Assembly (NCBI GenBank): GCA_002104905.1
Contig: MCFE01000174.1
Span: forward strand, 79,068-143,067
DNA from: Basidiobolus meristosporus CBS 931.73
Lineage: Eukaryota; Fungi; Basidiobolomycota
Direction of reading: 5' to 3'
Length of the DNA: 64,000 bases
Positions 27,106 to 38,978 of the stretch are shown here, one piece after another. The notes under the pieces were generated by a model. It was given only the letters and a program-made list of their open reading frames with translations. It did no database searches and was not told the origin of the DNA. Every line of letters starts with the position of its first letter. The stretch's first letter is position 1. Position numbers and translations under genes: made by a program.

Positions 27106-30100
27106 ATGAAAATCTCCGCCCCAAAGCTTTTGTTCATTCTTTCCGGAATTTCCGCCATCAGTGGTGCTGCTCTGCAACGCCGTCACAATGGTGAAATTCA
27201 CGAAGTAACAAAGCCCGCATACGATATCAATGATATCCTGGGTAACGGAGGAGGCGAAGGTCCGGGATCGAATTCTGGCAGCAACGGCGATTATGGCAAA
27301 GCAGGCAACGGTGCCGGCAAAGGTGACGAAGAAGAATGTGCAAACGGTCACGGAGAAACTGGGGGTAATGGAGGAGGTGCAGGTCCAGGTCCAGGATATG
27401 GTGCAGGACCTGGGGCCGGTGGAAACGGCGGCGGGTCAGGGCCTGGTGGTAATGGAGGTGGTGAAGGACCTGGATATGGCGCCGGCCCCGGAGCTAGCGG
27501 AAATGGCGGTGGTGCAGGTCCAGGATATGGTGCAAGCCCAGGAAATGGAGGAGGCGTAGCACCTGAAGGTGGAGCTGGTGGAAGCGGCGGGCCAACAACT
27601 TATGACACTGGAAATGGCGCTGGATCAGGCCCAGGTGGTAACGGTGGTGGAGCTGGTGGCAACGGAGGTGGCGAAGGTCCAGGATACGGTGCCGGTGGAA
27701 ATGGTGGTGGTACTGGACCAACATCATATGATACAGGAAGTGGTGCCGGATCTGGACCAGGAGGAAATGGTGGTGGTGGTGAAGGACCAGGATATGGCTC
27801 TGGCTCTGGGGCCGGTGGAAACGGAGGCGGTTCTGGTCCAGGATATGGGGCCGGACCTGGAAATGGTGGCGGCATAGCTCCTGGAGGCGGAGCTGGCTCA
27901 AGTGGTGGACCAACTTCATATGATACCGGAAGCGGTGCTGGCTCTGGACCGGGGGGTAATGGAGGCGGTGAAGGTCCAGGATATGGCTCTGGCCACGGGG
28001 ATAGTGGAAATGGTGGAGGTTCCGGACCAGGTTACGGTGCTGGCCCCGGAAATGGTGGTGGTGGTGGACCTACCTCATATGATACCGGAAGTGGTGCTGG
28101 TTCAGGACCTGGCGGCAATGGAGGCGGTGAAGGGCCAGGATATGGCGCTGGCCCCGGAACTGGCGGAAACGGCGGTGGTGAAGGGCCCGGTGGCAATGGA
28201 GGAGGTTCCGGACCAGGTTACGGTGCTGGCCCCGGAAATGGCGGTGGTGCTGCACCTGGTGGTGGAGCTGGTGGGAGTGGTGGACCTACTTCATATGATA
28301 CCGGAAGTGGTGCTGGTTCAGGACCTGGCGGTAATGGAGGCGGTGAAGGGCCAGGATATGGCGCTGGCCCCGGGACTGGTGGAAACGGTGGTGGTGAAGG
28401 GCCCGGTGGCAATGGAGGAGGTTCTGGACCAGGTTACGGTGCTGGCCCCGGAAATGGCGGTGGTGCTGCACCTGGAGGCGGAGTCGGCAGCAGCGGTGGA
28501 CCAACTTCATATGATACCGGAAGCGATTCTGGATCAGGGCCAGGTATTAGCGGCGGTGAGGGACCAGGTGCTGGTGGCAATGGAGGAGGCTCCGGACCAG
28601 GTTACGGTGCTGGCCCCGGAAATGGTGGTGGTGTAGCACCTGGTGGTGGAAGTGGTGGACCTACTTCATATGATACTGGCAATGGTGCCGGATCAGTACC
28701 AAGTGGTAATGGTGGTGGTTCTGGACCAGGATATGGCTCTGGACCCGGGAATGGTGGTGGAGAGGCACCTGGTAGTGGTGCTGGAGGAAGTGGTGGACCA
28801 ACTTCGTATGATACTGGCAATGGTGCCGGATCTGGACCGGGATATGGCGCTGGCCCTGGGGCTAGTGGAAACGGCGGAGGATCTGGACCGGGATATGGCG
28901 CTGGCCCTGGAGCTAGTGGAAACGGCGGAGGATCTGGACCGGGATATGGCGCTGGCCCTGGAGCTAGTGGAAACGGCGGAGGATCTGGCCCAGGTGGTAA
29001 TGGTGGCGGTTCTGGACCAGGATATAGCGCTGGACCCGGAAATGGCGGTGGAGCTGGCGGAAGTGGTGGACCTACTTCGTATGATACCGGTAATGGTGCC
29101 GGATCAGGACCAGGTGGTAATGGCAGTGGTGAAGGGCCAGGATATGGCGCTGGCCCTGAGGCTGGTGGAAACGGTGGAGGATCCGGACCTGCTGAGAATG
29201 GAAGTGGTGAAGGACCAGGATACGGCGCTGGCCCCGGAAATGGTGGTGGTGTCGCGCCCGGTGGAAGTGGTGGGCCAACAAGCTATGATACTGGAAGCGG
29301 AGCTGGATCAGGACCAGGTGGTAATGGCGGTGGTGAAGCTCCTGGATATGGAGCTGGCCCTGGAGTTGGTGGAAACGGCGGAGGATCCGGACCTGGAGGG
29401 AACGGAGGTGGTGAAGGACCTGGATATGGTGCTGGACCCGGAGCTGGTGGAAATGGTGAAGGTGTAGCACCTGGAGGTGGGGCTGGTGGAAGCGGTGGGC
29501 CAACAAGCTATGATACTGGAAGCGGAGCTGGATCAGGACCAGGTGGTAATGGCGGTGGTGAAGCTCCTGGATATGGAGCTGGCCCTGGAGTTGGTGGAAA
29601 CGGCGGAGGATCCGGACCTGGAGGGAACGGAGGTGGTGAAGGACCTGGATATGGCGCTGGACCCGGAGCTGGTGGAAATGGTGAAGGTGTAGCACCTGGA
29701 GGTGGGGCTGGTGGAAGCGGTGGGCCAACAAGCTATGATACTGGAAGCGGAGCTGGATCAGGACCAGGTGGTAACAGCGGTGGTGAAGGTCCTGGATATG
29801 GAGCTGGTCCTGGAGTTGGTGGGAATGGAGGTGGCGAAGGACCTGGATATGGCGCTGGACCCGGAGCTGGTGGAAATGGTGGAGGTGTAGCACCTGGAGG
29901 TTGGGCTGGTGGAAACGGTGGGCCAGCAACTTACAACACTGGAAGTGGCTCTGGGACAGGACCTAGTGGTAACGGTGGTGGTGAGGGACCAGGATACGGA
30001 GCCGGTCCTGGGGCTGGTGGAAATGGCGGAGGTGAAGGACCCGGTTATGGCGCTGGTCCAGGAGCTGGTGGAAACGGAGGCGGTGAAGCACCAGGATACG

Positions 30101-30210
30101 GGACTGGTCCAGGAGCCGGAGTTGGGGGTAACGGAGGCGGAGTAGGACCCGGAGCTGGAGCTGGAGGAGGCTTCTACGATACCTCCAACGTGTTTGATAT
30201 CGACTTCTAG
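27106..30210 (+). CDS. Secreted glycine-rich, silk-like repetitive protein (1034 aa, intronless)
   Basis: Uninterrupted ORF with a signal-peptide-like N-terminus (MKISAPKLLFILSGISAISGAAL) followed by RR. It has dozens of GPGYGAGPG, GNGGG and GGPTSYDTGSGAGSGPG modules. Synonymous third-position variation between repeats supports coding. Confidence 0.92.
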   Translation: MKISAPKLLFILSGISAISGAALQRRHNGEIHEVTKPAYDINDILGNGGGEGPGSNSGSNGDYGKAGNGAGKGDEEECANGHGETGGNGGGAGPGPGYGAGPGAGGNGGGSGPGGNGGGEGPGYGAGPGASGNGGGAGPGYGASPGNGGGVAPEGGAGGSGGPTTYDTGNGAGSGPGGNGGGAGGNGGGEGPGYGAGGNGGGTGPTSYDTGSGAGSGPGGNGGGGEGPGYGSGSGAGGNGGGSGPGYGAGPGNGGGIAPGGGAGSSGGPTSYDTGSGAGSGPGGNGGGEGPGYGSGHGDSGNGGGSGPGYGAGPGNGGGGGPTSYDTGSGAGSGPGGNGGGEGPGYGAGPGTGGNGGGEGPGGNGGGSGPGYGAGPGNGGGAAPGGGAGGSGGPTSYDTGSGAGSGPGGNGGGEGPGYGAGPGTGGNGGGEGPGGNGGGSGPGYGAGPGNGGGAAPGGGVGSSGGPTSYDTGSDSGSGPGISGGEGPGAGGNGGGSGPGYGAGPGNGGGVAPGGGSGGPTSYDTGNGAGSVPSGNGGGSGPGYGSGPGNGGGEAPGSGAGGSGGPTSYDTGNGAGSGPGYGAGPGASGNGGGSGPGYGAGPGASGNGGGSGPGYGAGPGASGNGGGSGPGGNGGGSGPGYSAGPGNGGGAGGSGGPTSYDTGNGAGSGPGGNGSGEGPGYGAGPEAGGNGGGSGPAENGSGEGPGYGAGPGNGGGVAPGGSGGPTSYDTGSGAGSGPGGNGGGEAPGYGAGPGVGGNGGGSGPGGNGGGEGPGYGAGPGAGGNGEGVAPGGGAGGSGGPTSYDTGSGAGSGPGGNGGGEAPGYGAGPGVGGNGGGSGPGGNGGGEGPGYGAGPGAGGNGEGVAPGGGAGGSGGPTSYDTGSGAGSGPGGNSGGEGPGYGAGPGVGGNGGGEGPGYGAGPGAGGNGGGVAPGGWAGGNGGPATYNTGSGSGTGPSGNGGGEGPGYGAGPGAGGNGGGEGPGYGAGPGAGGNGGGEAPGYGTGPGAGVGGNGGGVGPGAGAGGGFYDTSNVFDIDF

Positions 30211-30736
30211 ACTTACGTTACCCATTCCTCTCCCCCCTCCTCCTGAATTATTCAGTGCTTACCTATATTCCATACTTATCCAAATTCCAACATTTCGAGA
30301 TATCATAGATAGAAATAAATTACTTCTCAGCGTCTATCCCTGCATCAGTTTGAGCTCAGCCTATTACCCCTGTTGGTTGACTGGCCCTGCCAGGTGTGGC
30401 TCGTCCTTTCAAGAGTATTTCCGGAAACGCCAAGCTGGGTTAGGTTATGGAGGATTTTATCATGGGTTGTTTACTTTTGGGTTAGATTGTTGGGTGTGGA
30501 CAAGGTTAAAGGAATTGTGATAGGTGAGACAGTAGGAATTAAGGGCGGCCGGATGACGTCATGATTCAGGTGGGGAAGGGGGTGGATTACAACAATTAAA
30601 TTCAGTTGATATTACAATGTGACTAGTGATTCCAAAATGAAGTATGTTACAGGATTTCCAATTGATATGTACAAATTAATATGGATATTTTTGTGTATGT
30701 ACCAGGTGCATGAAGATAGTGATAGGGTTTCAAGCA

Positions 30737-31748
30737 TTAGTAGCACGGCGGTGTCTCCATGGATTGCTCGTAGCATGGCAAGGAGCGTACGGCCTCCAAC
30801 GCTTCCGCGTCAACAAACTGGAGCGATGTTCGGATTACGATCCGCTTTCGAATGGTGTCACCTTTGACGAGCAGGATGCTTATGTTCAGTTCGTGATGGA
30901 CGGACACATAATCGTTATCCCTATCGGAGAGCACCTTCTCGGTGTCTTTGTTGGCGGGCAGTACGATCGGCTGGATCCACATCTTGCCGCATGATTTGGT
31001 GTTCCACTTGCTGGAGGTTTCCCGGATCTTGGTTCTCTTCGTTTTGGGCTTCCCATTCTGGGTGGGGGATCTGGCTACTTCGTAGATGGTCGCTTTGATC
31101 TCGCTCGCTTTCAGGTCGGTCTTGAAGGAATCAACGCCGATTTGAATGGGAATCTCGTTGTCTGGACTGTATACCACAGAGGGGGAAAAGATACAGAAGG
31201 CCAATTCTGATTCGAGCTCACCAAATCTTAGAAGGGATTGGGACTCTTCAATCTCTGTGGTCGGCAGGGTTAGCCGTAGAACCTTGACCTCCCTGGTGTC
31301 TTTGAGGTTCTTGGCGAGTCCGTTCCGCTTGGCCACTGCGGAGATTTTGTATCTGACGCTTGCTAGGGAGGAGCCCGTTGTTTCGGGAAGGTCCCCAGGG
31401 AATGGAATTTCAAAGTGGTAGATGTAATGACCGGGGGAGAAATCTTTGGCCACTTCAATGGTTCGTAAAAACTCCACCTCCTTGTGGTAGAAAATATCGT
31501 GGTTCGGCTTGAGATCTAAGGTAAGGATTAGTGCGCTGGAAGCAGAGGATCAAGTGGCCATCAAGTTGCTTACGTTGGTTGGATGCTACGCCCTTGAACA
31601 CAACTGTGATTGAGGAGATCTTGGTTCGGCACTGGATATCGAGATGGACGGAGCCTCTCAGCATCTGTCCAGGCGCGGAATCGTTGGCACCGTGGAGTAC
31701 GATGCTGTCGCTTTGGAGTTGAAGACTGATTGAGTTGTTGTACCACAT
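30737..31748 (-). CDS. Alpha-arrestin (ART/Rod1-like) trafficking adaptor; intron at 31516-31573
   Basis: Exon 1 encodes LQLQSDSIVLHG...GQMLRGSVHLDIQCRTKISSITVVFKG. A GTAAGC...CTAAT...TAG intron follows. Exon 2 encodes PGHYIYHFEIPFPGDLPET...VRYKISAVAKR, HHELNISI and C-terminal PY-like motifs LPCY and PPCY. Confidence 0.85.
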
Positions 31749-32293
31749 ACTTGACTTTGGAAATGCTGCTTGTGCAGGTCGATGGCCCACTCTTTTATAA
31801 CCGATGGCTCTGTCAAACACAATGTGGAGAATAGAGGAACTGGTCTCAATTTATAGGTTTAATTTGGCTTGGAACATCCCGAAATTGAAACCCTATGCTT
31901 ACAATTCAATTTCCACCCTCCAGCACTTGGCAAATCGATGCCGGCCGAACTTATTGGCAGACGACCACCCAATCCATCATAGCTTACCCGCTACCTGTGA
32001 TTCGCATAAACTATCCATCACTCCACTCACACCCGCTCCAAGCCCAACTAACATCGCATTAGGCTCAATAAGGCCCATCAACCAATCGCCGGGCTAGCTG
32101 TGCGATGAGACCTACTGCAGAAACATATGAAATAACAGGCTGGTCAATGACACAGAGAGTTGCAAATGATACCCGTCTGGATCGTCTGCATGGTTATCAT
32201 AATGGATTAGCACATATCTGGGTGTTGATCGATGAATGCCTAGAGGTTCTATATTTATTATATCATAATGGTACATCTAATGACGGCCTGCAA

Positions 32294-33765
32294 TCACTCT
32301 AGGTCACTTGCTTCACTCTGTTCCTCATCGGACATCTCGCTCTCCTCCACAGCATCAGAGTCGTCCTCCGATGTCTCTGACTCTTGGTCGTCGTCAAGAA
32401 AGGAGAAGTCCATCTTTTCGGTTGTCTAGATGAGAGGTGAGAAAGGTCAGCAGACTGGTGTATTGGTGATCGCCAGCTCCACCAACCTGGCTCGCAGAGC
32501 TGCTCGGCGTCTGCGTGTTTCTGCGGCTGGCCCGTGTTCGTCGTCCGAATTTTTCCTCCTCCTCGATAATGTTCTCTTTACTTAAACCTAAAAATAGATG
32601 AACCCTGTGGCTATTGGTTCGTCGGAGTAAAATGATGAACTTACTCTCTCGCTCAGCCCGTAACTCACGTGCCGCCTGGATTTTCTTGCATTTCTCGATG
32701 GTCGGACGTCCTGGAGGAATGTTAGACCGGTACGTGTCCATGGCCAGCTGGGCCAAGAGTACGCCGATGCCTTACTTACCGGACATGCCCAGCTCCGCAA
32801 GAATCTCCTTCAGCTTCTTGATTTGTTGTTTAGGCTGGTCCTCAATACCCTTAAATTCTCTGAACCTACACCATGGCATCCCTTAGCAGTCTACTTCCCA
32901 ATGATAGTGTGAAGAAACAACCGCAAATACCACATCTTTCTGACGCCGCATTTCCCAATGTACATTTTTAGATTCTTGATCGTTTCTTGATCTTTTTCCT
33001 ACACGAAGTCAGAAAATTCGTGAGCCCCCGTTACATAGACGCTGCGTGTAGTTGCGCTGGATTCCTACCGATATGGAGGTGGTACTATTTTGTGTTGTTG
33101 CGGGCTTCTTATTGGTCTTGGATGGCTTCTTGGATGGCTTCGTGGGGGAGAAATCCTCCACTTCGCTGGTTCCAGACTCCTGTGTGTCCTCGTGCACCTC
33201 TGGGCTGTTTTGAGACTCGGTTAGTTTATCAGGAGAGGAGCTGTGAGGATCTTCCTTTTGCTCCGCCGCCGTCTCTTCAGGTTCCAGGGTAGCCACAGGG
33301 TCGTTCTCCTCGTCGCTGTCTTCGATTATAGCCCCGCGTTTCTTGACTCGCTTGGGGACCACCTCAGGTTCAGAGGGTTGTGCTTTACGTTTCGGTAGGT
33401 TGGTGTCCGGCACGGAGGAATCTGCGGTCTGGAGAACCTCTGACTACATTCATGATGTCAGAAAACAATAGAAGTGTCGAACAAAGTGAAGCAACCAAAC
33501 ACCAACTGTGATGCGTTCCGAGATCTCCCGGATGTATTTTCGCCATTCCGAAGTTTCCAGGGCATCCTCTTCTAGCTCAAGATTGACTTGCAACTTGTTA
33601 CGAATTATACGAGGAGTAAGTACGCTGAGGTTTCGAGCAGGGTCGGCTCGTTAGTGAAACACGCTATGACCAACCAAAAGAATCATCCCGTACAAACCTT
33701 AGATCTCCGCCTCGGATAATTTTCTCACACTCTATGTTCAACTTTTCTTTTAAGTCTGAATTCAT
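32294..33765 (-). CDS. HIRIP3-like / CHZ-domain histone-chaperone-type protein (multi-exon)
   Basis: Spliced N-terminus MNSDLKEKLNIECEKIIRGGDLSVLTPRIIRNKL (DEK-C-like), acidic/Ser linker, ETIKNLKMYIGKCGVRKMW, LAELGMSG.PTIEKCKKIQAARELRAE and an acidic tail. Exon boundaries were inferred by eye. Confidence 0.65.
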
Positions 33766-34378
33766 ATTCCCGAGATGCACGAGCTGGCTCAAGTCAAAAC
33801 GTGTAGGTAGACTTGGATAACTAACGCTTTATTTTCCTGTCAATGGAATCAGGCTTGGGATCCAATCAGATCTCAGCTATTTGTGATAAATAATCAACAA
33901 CCCACCCATTTCAGAGCTGAATTCCAGTACGTACTGTGGACGGTCGGCACCCAAATGCCCAATGTTATTGGATTTGGATTGCTCTTAATTGCTGGAATGT
34001 CCCGAGTTGTCCCGTAAACAACCATCTTATCGTGACTGTCCATGGCAATTAATCCACAGCAACTATAATTATTGGCATCATATATATAGGATCATTGGAT
34101 GCGAAAATCGGGCCATCTCAGTCACTGTTGTGTGAATTGGACGGACCAATAACAGGCCGCCTATGGTGTTTATGCTTCAACTAGAGGGAGAAAACAAACA
34201 ATTGGGACTGACAGGTCGAAATCACTATTTATGTGGAGGGGGGTTCGTTGGAGGATTACATCGTTCCTCGGAGTGTCATCTTTTGAAAGCGCCACCATTT
34301 CCTTTTGGCATATCTGACTTGGCCGTAGACCACCCCGCTATCTTGGCAACCCTTTCATTGGTTTCTTCCTGCTACAGA

Positions 34379-37074
34379 ATGTCCACGTCCCCTGCTGCAG
34401 TTGCACAGCTCAAGTCCTTGGTTTGGTATCACTTGGACCAAGACCTGATAGAGAATGCCACCTTTTTTGCCGAGCGTCTGTACGCGTACACAGCTCTAGA
34501 CGAGGAATCACAATATCTTCTGGCCAAGTGTTTAGTTCGATGCAAGAGATACAGCAGGGCGTATCATATTTTGCGCAACCCAACCACCTATTTCGCTCGA
34601 TTTCTGCTCGCCAAATGCTGTATACATCTAGGCCAGTTGGAGGAGGCTGAGAAGCTGCTACTCTCTCTTTTGGAGGACAAGAGCATTCATTACGAGAAGA
34701 TAAATATAGGTAGGGTTGACTATGCTTGTGACACCTGTGTCGGTTGACGTTGCTTGACTGACCGGTTGGTTGCTTTTTCAGGCTGGGTTGGCCCCCACGA
34801 GCGGTTCCATCGCCCAGATAGAAGTGCAGTGCATTTTCATCTTGGTTCGGTGTACAGGTAGGCGGATCCAACGTTTCTGCGTCATGTGATGGTGCTAACG
34901 AGTCCGTACGGAAAACATTAGAAAAACAGAGCGTCTGGTAGAGGCGACGAAGCATTTCTCTACCTGCCTAGAGCTCAATCCATTCCAGTGGGCCGCTTTC
35001 GAGGCGCTTTCTTCTTCCAGCAAGGGTATGTTGAAAATTTGGTCACTGCAACTTACGGACAGCCTAATAACATGCAACCCAGGGAGTGGTATCGATATCA
35101 ACTTCATTTTCGATCCGAACAAAGCCCATCAGATTATTAAACGCTTTGCTAACACTGCACCCACCCACAACCATGACCTCAGCCTGGCCAAGTCAGTTCC
35201 TGCGATAGCCACAACCGTCCAACCTAGAGCCTCGCTCCTGACTGGCCAGGAAAATGAAGAGAAGGTATGATCTCTCCCGGCTCGTATACTGCATTGGATC
35301 CAAGTAACGTTTTGTGTCCAGACAGTTAGACTTGCCTATTGCTGCTCTCCGATGTTAGAAAAGAACCATGTAGCCAGACTAGAAATCGAGAGAATAGATT
35401 CACCATTCCTTTCGTATCCACTATCATCACCCACTAGATTGAGACAGGCCCTTAAGCTAATCAAGCACAAGAACAGCATCAGCATCACGAGAACATACAC
35501 AGTAAGCTCTTTGGTATGCGTTGTCAATCTCCAGTACTCATCTAGATGCTCCTATAGGAAAACAGCCCAACCACCGCCACACAACGAGCAAAGCGAGCTC
35601 GATTTGAGAGCACGAAGTGGTCGAATAAGGCTGAAGTAGAGAAAAGAATCAAAATCGAGATGGTATGCAATCCGAGCCACTCCTTCGTCCTATACGCTTT
35701 ATTAATGACCGCCCTTAGATCACTCCATCGCGGGATGATGGAATCACAAGAACCGAGTCCAGCAAGTCATGCCTGGAGGAGCTTGCTCAAAGAAAAGGCA
35801 CCGCCACCATCATCGAGCTATTACGCAAAATCGGGCAATCGGTCGTGTATCTACAGGCCTACAACTGCCCCAAAGCCCTGGAAACTTTTGCATTACTCCC
35901 CACCTCGCAGTTTAACACGGGGTGGGTACTCGCCCGCGTCGGAAGAGCCTATTTCGAACTGGCCAAGTACAAAGAGGTGAGCAAGCGTCCTTTAACCCCT
36001 CAGTATCCTCACCCCGACTAAGCTTGTTTCCTGTTAGGCCAAAGAAAAATTCGAGCAAATGAGACAACTTGAGCCTCATCGCTTGGATGGTCTTGAGATC
36101 TACTCGACCACTTTGTGGCATTTGAAAGAGGCGGTGGCCCTTAGCCACGTTAGTCGCGAGTTGACGGCGATGGACAAGGATTCTCCACAGGCCTGGCTGG
36201 CTTCCGGCAATTGCTATAGTCTAGAACAAGATCATAAATCGGCAATTCGAAGCTTCAAGCGGGCTATTCAACTGGATCCCAACATGGCCTATGGCCATAC
36301 ATTGTGCGGGCACGAGTACATTGCAGTAGAGGATTACGATAATGCCATGGTTCACTTCAGGAGCGCCCTTCGCTTAGATCCGAACCATTACAACGCCTGG
36401 TAAGTGATGCCCCGGAATAACCACCCTCGGTCCCGGATTCACTCATCATTGCGGTTAGGTATGGCATGGGCATCATCGCCTTGAAAACAGACAACCTTCC
36501 CACGGCCAAATACTACTTCTCCAAAGCGGTGGGCATCAACCCGACGAATCACGTTCTGCTCTGTTGCGTTGGCACGGTAGGTTCACCCACGTCACGATTC
36601 AAGTGGATGGCACTCGGATTAACCTATAACCAAACCCCTAGGTCTTGGAGAAATCTGGGAAAATGGCCGAGGCACTCCGATGGTATCAGGCTGCGCAGAA
36701 GCATAGCCCGGAAAGTCCAATCCCGAAACTGAAGACAGCGAAGGTGTTGATGACACTTGAAAGATACGAGGTAACTGAATTCCTGCTTGACATGACCACT
36801 GGGCTGGATCAGAGTCTGACCAAATTCGTAGGAAGCGCTTCCTCTGTTCCAGCATCTGAAGGAGATATATCCTCAGGAGGCGGGAATCCGTTTTCTTATG
36901 GGCCAGGCCCTCAAGAAGCTAGGTAACACCACTGACGCATTGATGGAGCTTACCAAGGCGCTCGACATGGATTGTAAGAATACCAATATCATAAGGAGCG
37001 CTATTGAAATGCTCCCGTCTAGGGAGATTGGTGTAGGCGATAGGTGCGAGGATGGAATGGTCAAGGTGTATTAG
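34379..37074 (+). CDS. CDC27: Anaphase-promoting complex subunit 3 (TPR protein), multi-exon
   Basis: N-terminus LKSLVWYHLDQDLIENATFFAERL...YLLAKC. TPR block EPHRLDGLEIYSTTLWHLK...SPQAWLASGNCYSLEQDHKSAIRSFKRAIQLDPNMAYGHTLCGHEY...RLDPNHYNAW, then AKYYFSKAVGINPTNHVLLCC. Confidence 0.95.
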
Positions 37075-38319
37075 CTTGTAGATTGGTGCGAGGATTTTGG
37101 TTCAAGTGTAGTGTTTTTTGGCTTCTCATCTCATTTCGGTTGGGATATGTATATAATCTTGTCATTTACTCCATTTTGGTTGCACTGGCCCTGCTTTCGT
37201 CCCCTGCGCATGTCCACTTTCCCATTCTGTGTATATTGTCTTCTGGATTCCATTCACTTGTGCCGTATGTGCCATGAATCTAAACCAGACTGTAGATTGC
37301 TATAATAAACAGCGATGACATGAGAGCGCGGACTTCCAGTGTTGACCTGGCCTTCATCACGTGACAAACAAGGTACCCCTCACGCCCGGATTTCCTCTTA
37401 TGGGCCCGCCTGATTTTCCAGCCTAGGGGAATTGGGACTTTTCCAACCTCGATCGGCGTACCGTACCGCATAATTGGATATAAATCTAGCCTTGACGAAT
37501 ATGGGAAACCTTTTTCAGCTGAGCCAACAATATTCCCCGGCAAGGTTCAATATAGCAAAGTGTCAGCTTATGACACCCCGAGGAGGTTTGTGATACGTGA
37601 CGTCGATGGCGTATCCAAATTCATCTATTGATAGCAGGAACACGAGGGAACAGGAACAAATCGTCGATTGATTCAATGGGTAGCTTTAGATACCGGGGGG
37701 ATTCAATGGCGAGCCAACGGTTGCATAGGCGCTAGTCTTCTTGAGAACTGTCTAAAAGTACAACGGAGAGTGTTCATTGATGCGCATTACCTCGGTATAG
37801 GCCCAAGGATTAACATCTACCAAGTATAATGGATGGAATAAGTGGATTTCCACCACATAACTACATCGGCGCAGCCTTTAATTGTTCCCTAGCCAGAATA
37901 GGCATCTGGAATTCATCACCAACTATGACATTCCGGTCGAGTAAATCATTTGCAGTGAATCGATCAACAGAGCTTCGTGCATTAATATAACTAACCGTAA
38001 ACTCGCTGTGATCAGCCACCGTTTCAACGGGTTATCAAGAAGGTTCTGGTCGTCATCTGCTGTGAAGGTGCAGCTATAGTGGGCTGCTACGACGTTGCAT
38101 TGTCGCCCGGGTACCTGTGGTTGGGCCCAAATCCTAAACGAGCTTAACCTGATGGTTTCGCGCCGCACAGCCTCTTGCGATAAGCTTAAGCTACATCTCC
38201 ATGGCGGAGATCATGGTTTTGCCTGGCCAATCAGGCACATTTTCCTTGACAGCAACCTCGACCACATACTCTGAAGGACTGTGAACTGTCTTTTCGGGAT
38301 GATTGATACATATTCCAAT

Positions 38320-38648
38320 GAGGATATATGAGATGCAAGTGCTGCCATGTGAACTGCCTTGAGTCACCGAGCCCAGCATAGAGCACCATGGGTGCACGCT
38401 GCCCGGTCCCCGAGGATTGCGATACTCTATGGTGGGACCCCATAGGTTGCAAGTGTCTATGCCAAAATGAATCCTGCAACTACATAAACAACAGTACACC
38501 TATTGACCTGAATGGCAACAGCCAAACAGATACAAAGGACAACATTCCCGCGAATCCAAAGGATAGTGCCAATACCTCTTCCGGTATTTCTGCCTCTTTG
38601 CGGGTCTCATTAATCCCTCTACTTGGCCTACTAAACGGCCATTGGTAA
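38320..38648 (+). pseudogene. Possible remnant or last exon of a small Cys-rich protein with a GPI-like C-terminus
   Basis: CPVPEDCDTLWWDPIGCKCLCQNESC is followed by an S/N-rich spacer and the hydrophobic tail SLRVSLIPLLGLL. The upstream in-frame RCKCCHVNC is separated by a stop. Confidence 0.25.
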
Positions 38649-38978
38649 GCCACCATTGTAGAATTTGGGACACGCTCGTATAGCCTCGATGCGTATTCCT
38701 TGACCACTACCTTCATGATTAGTACCTTATGGTCATTCAGTCAATAAATATCGAGATTCGAAAACGAGTTCAATGGGTGATTTAGTACTTTCCCAATAGT
38801 GGATCATCATTCGGCGCTGATGACTTAATTAATCAGTTTAAATTGATGAATAGTTGGGCAAAGTTATCATACACACGTGAGGGTGGACCAGCTATTGACT
38901 TGCCAAATAAATCAGACCAAGCAAGCTTCAACACCTCGAAGCATTCCACTGCAACACACACCAAAACCACTGTTCACC

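Noticed and set aside
27300-30170. CRISPR-like repeat-spacer array
   Set aside because: The repeats are in-frame coding modules of a eukaryotic gene, with no unique spacers and no cas genes.
27230-30225. Many long alternate-frame and antisense ORFs (His/Leu/Gln-, Pro- or Met/Val-rich)
   Set aside because: These are shadows of the GGN-rich repetitive coding frame.
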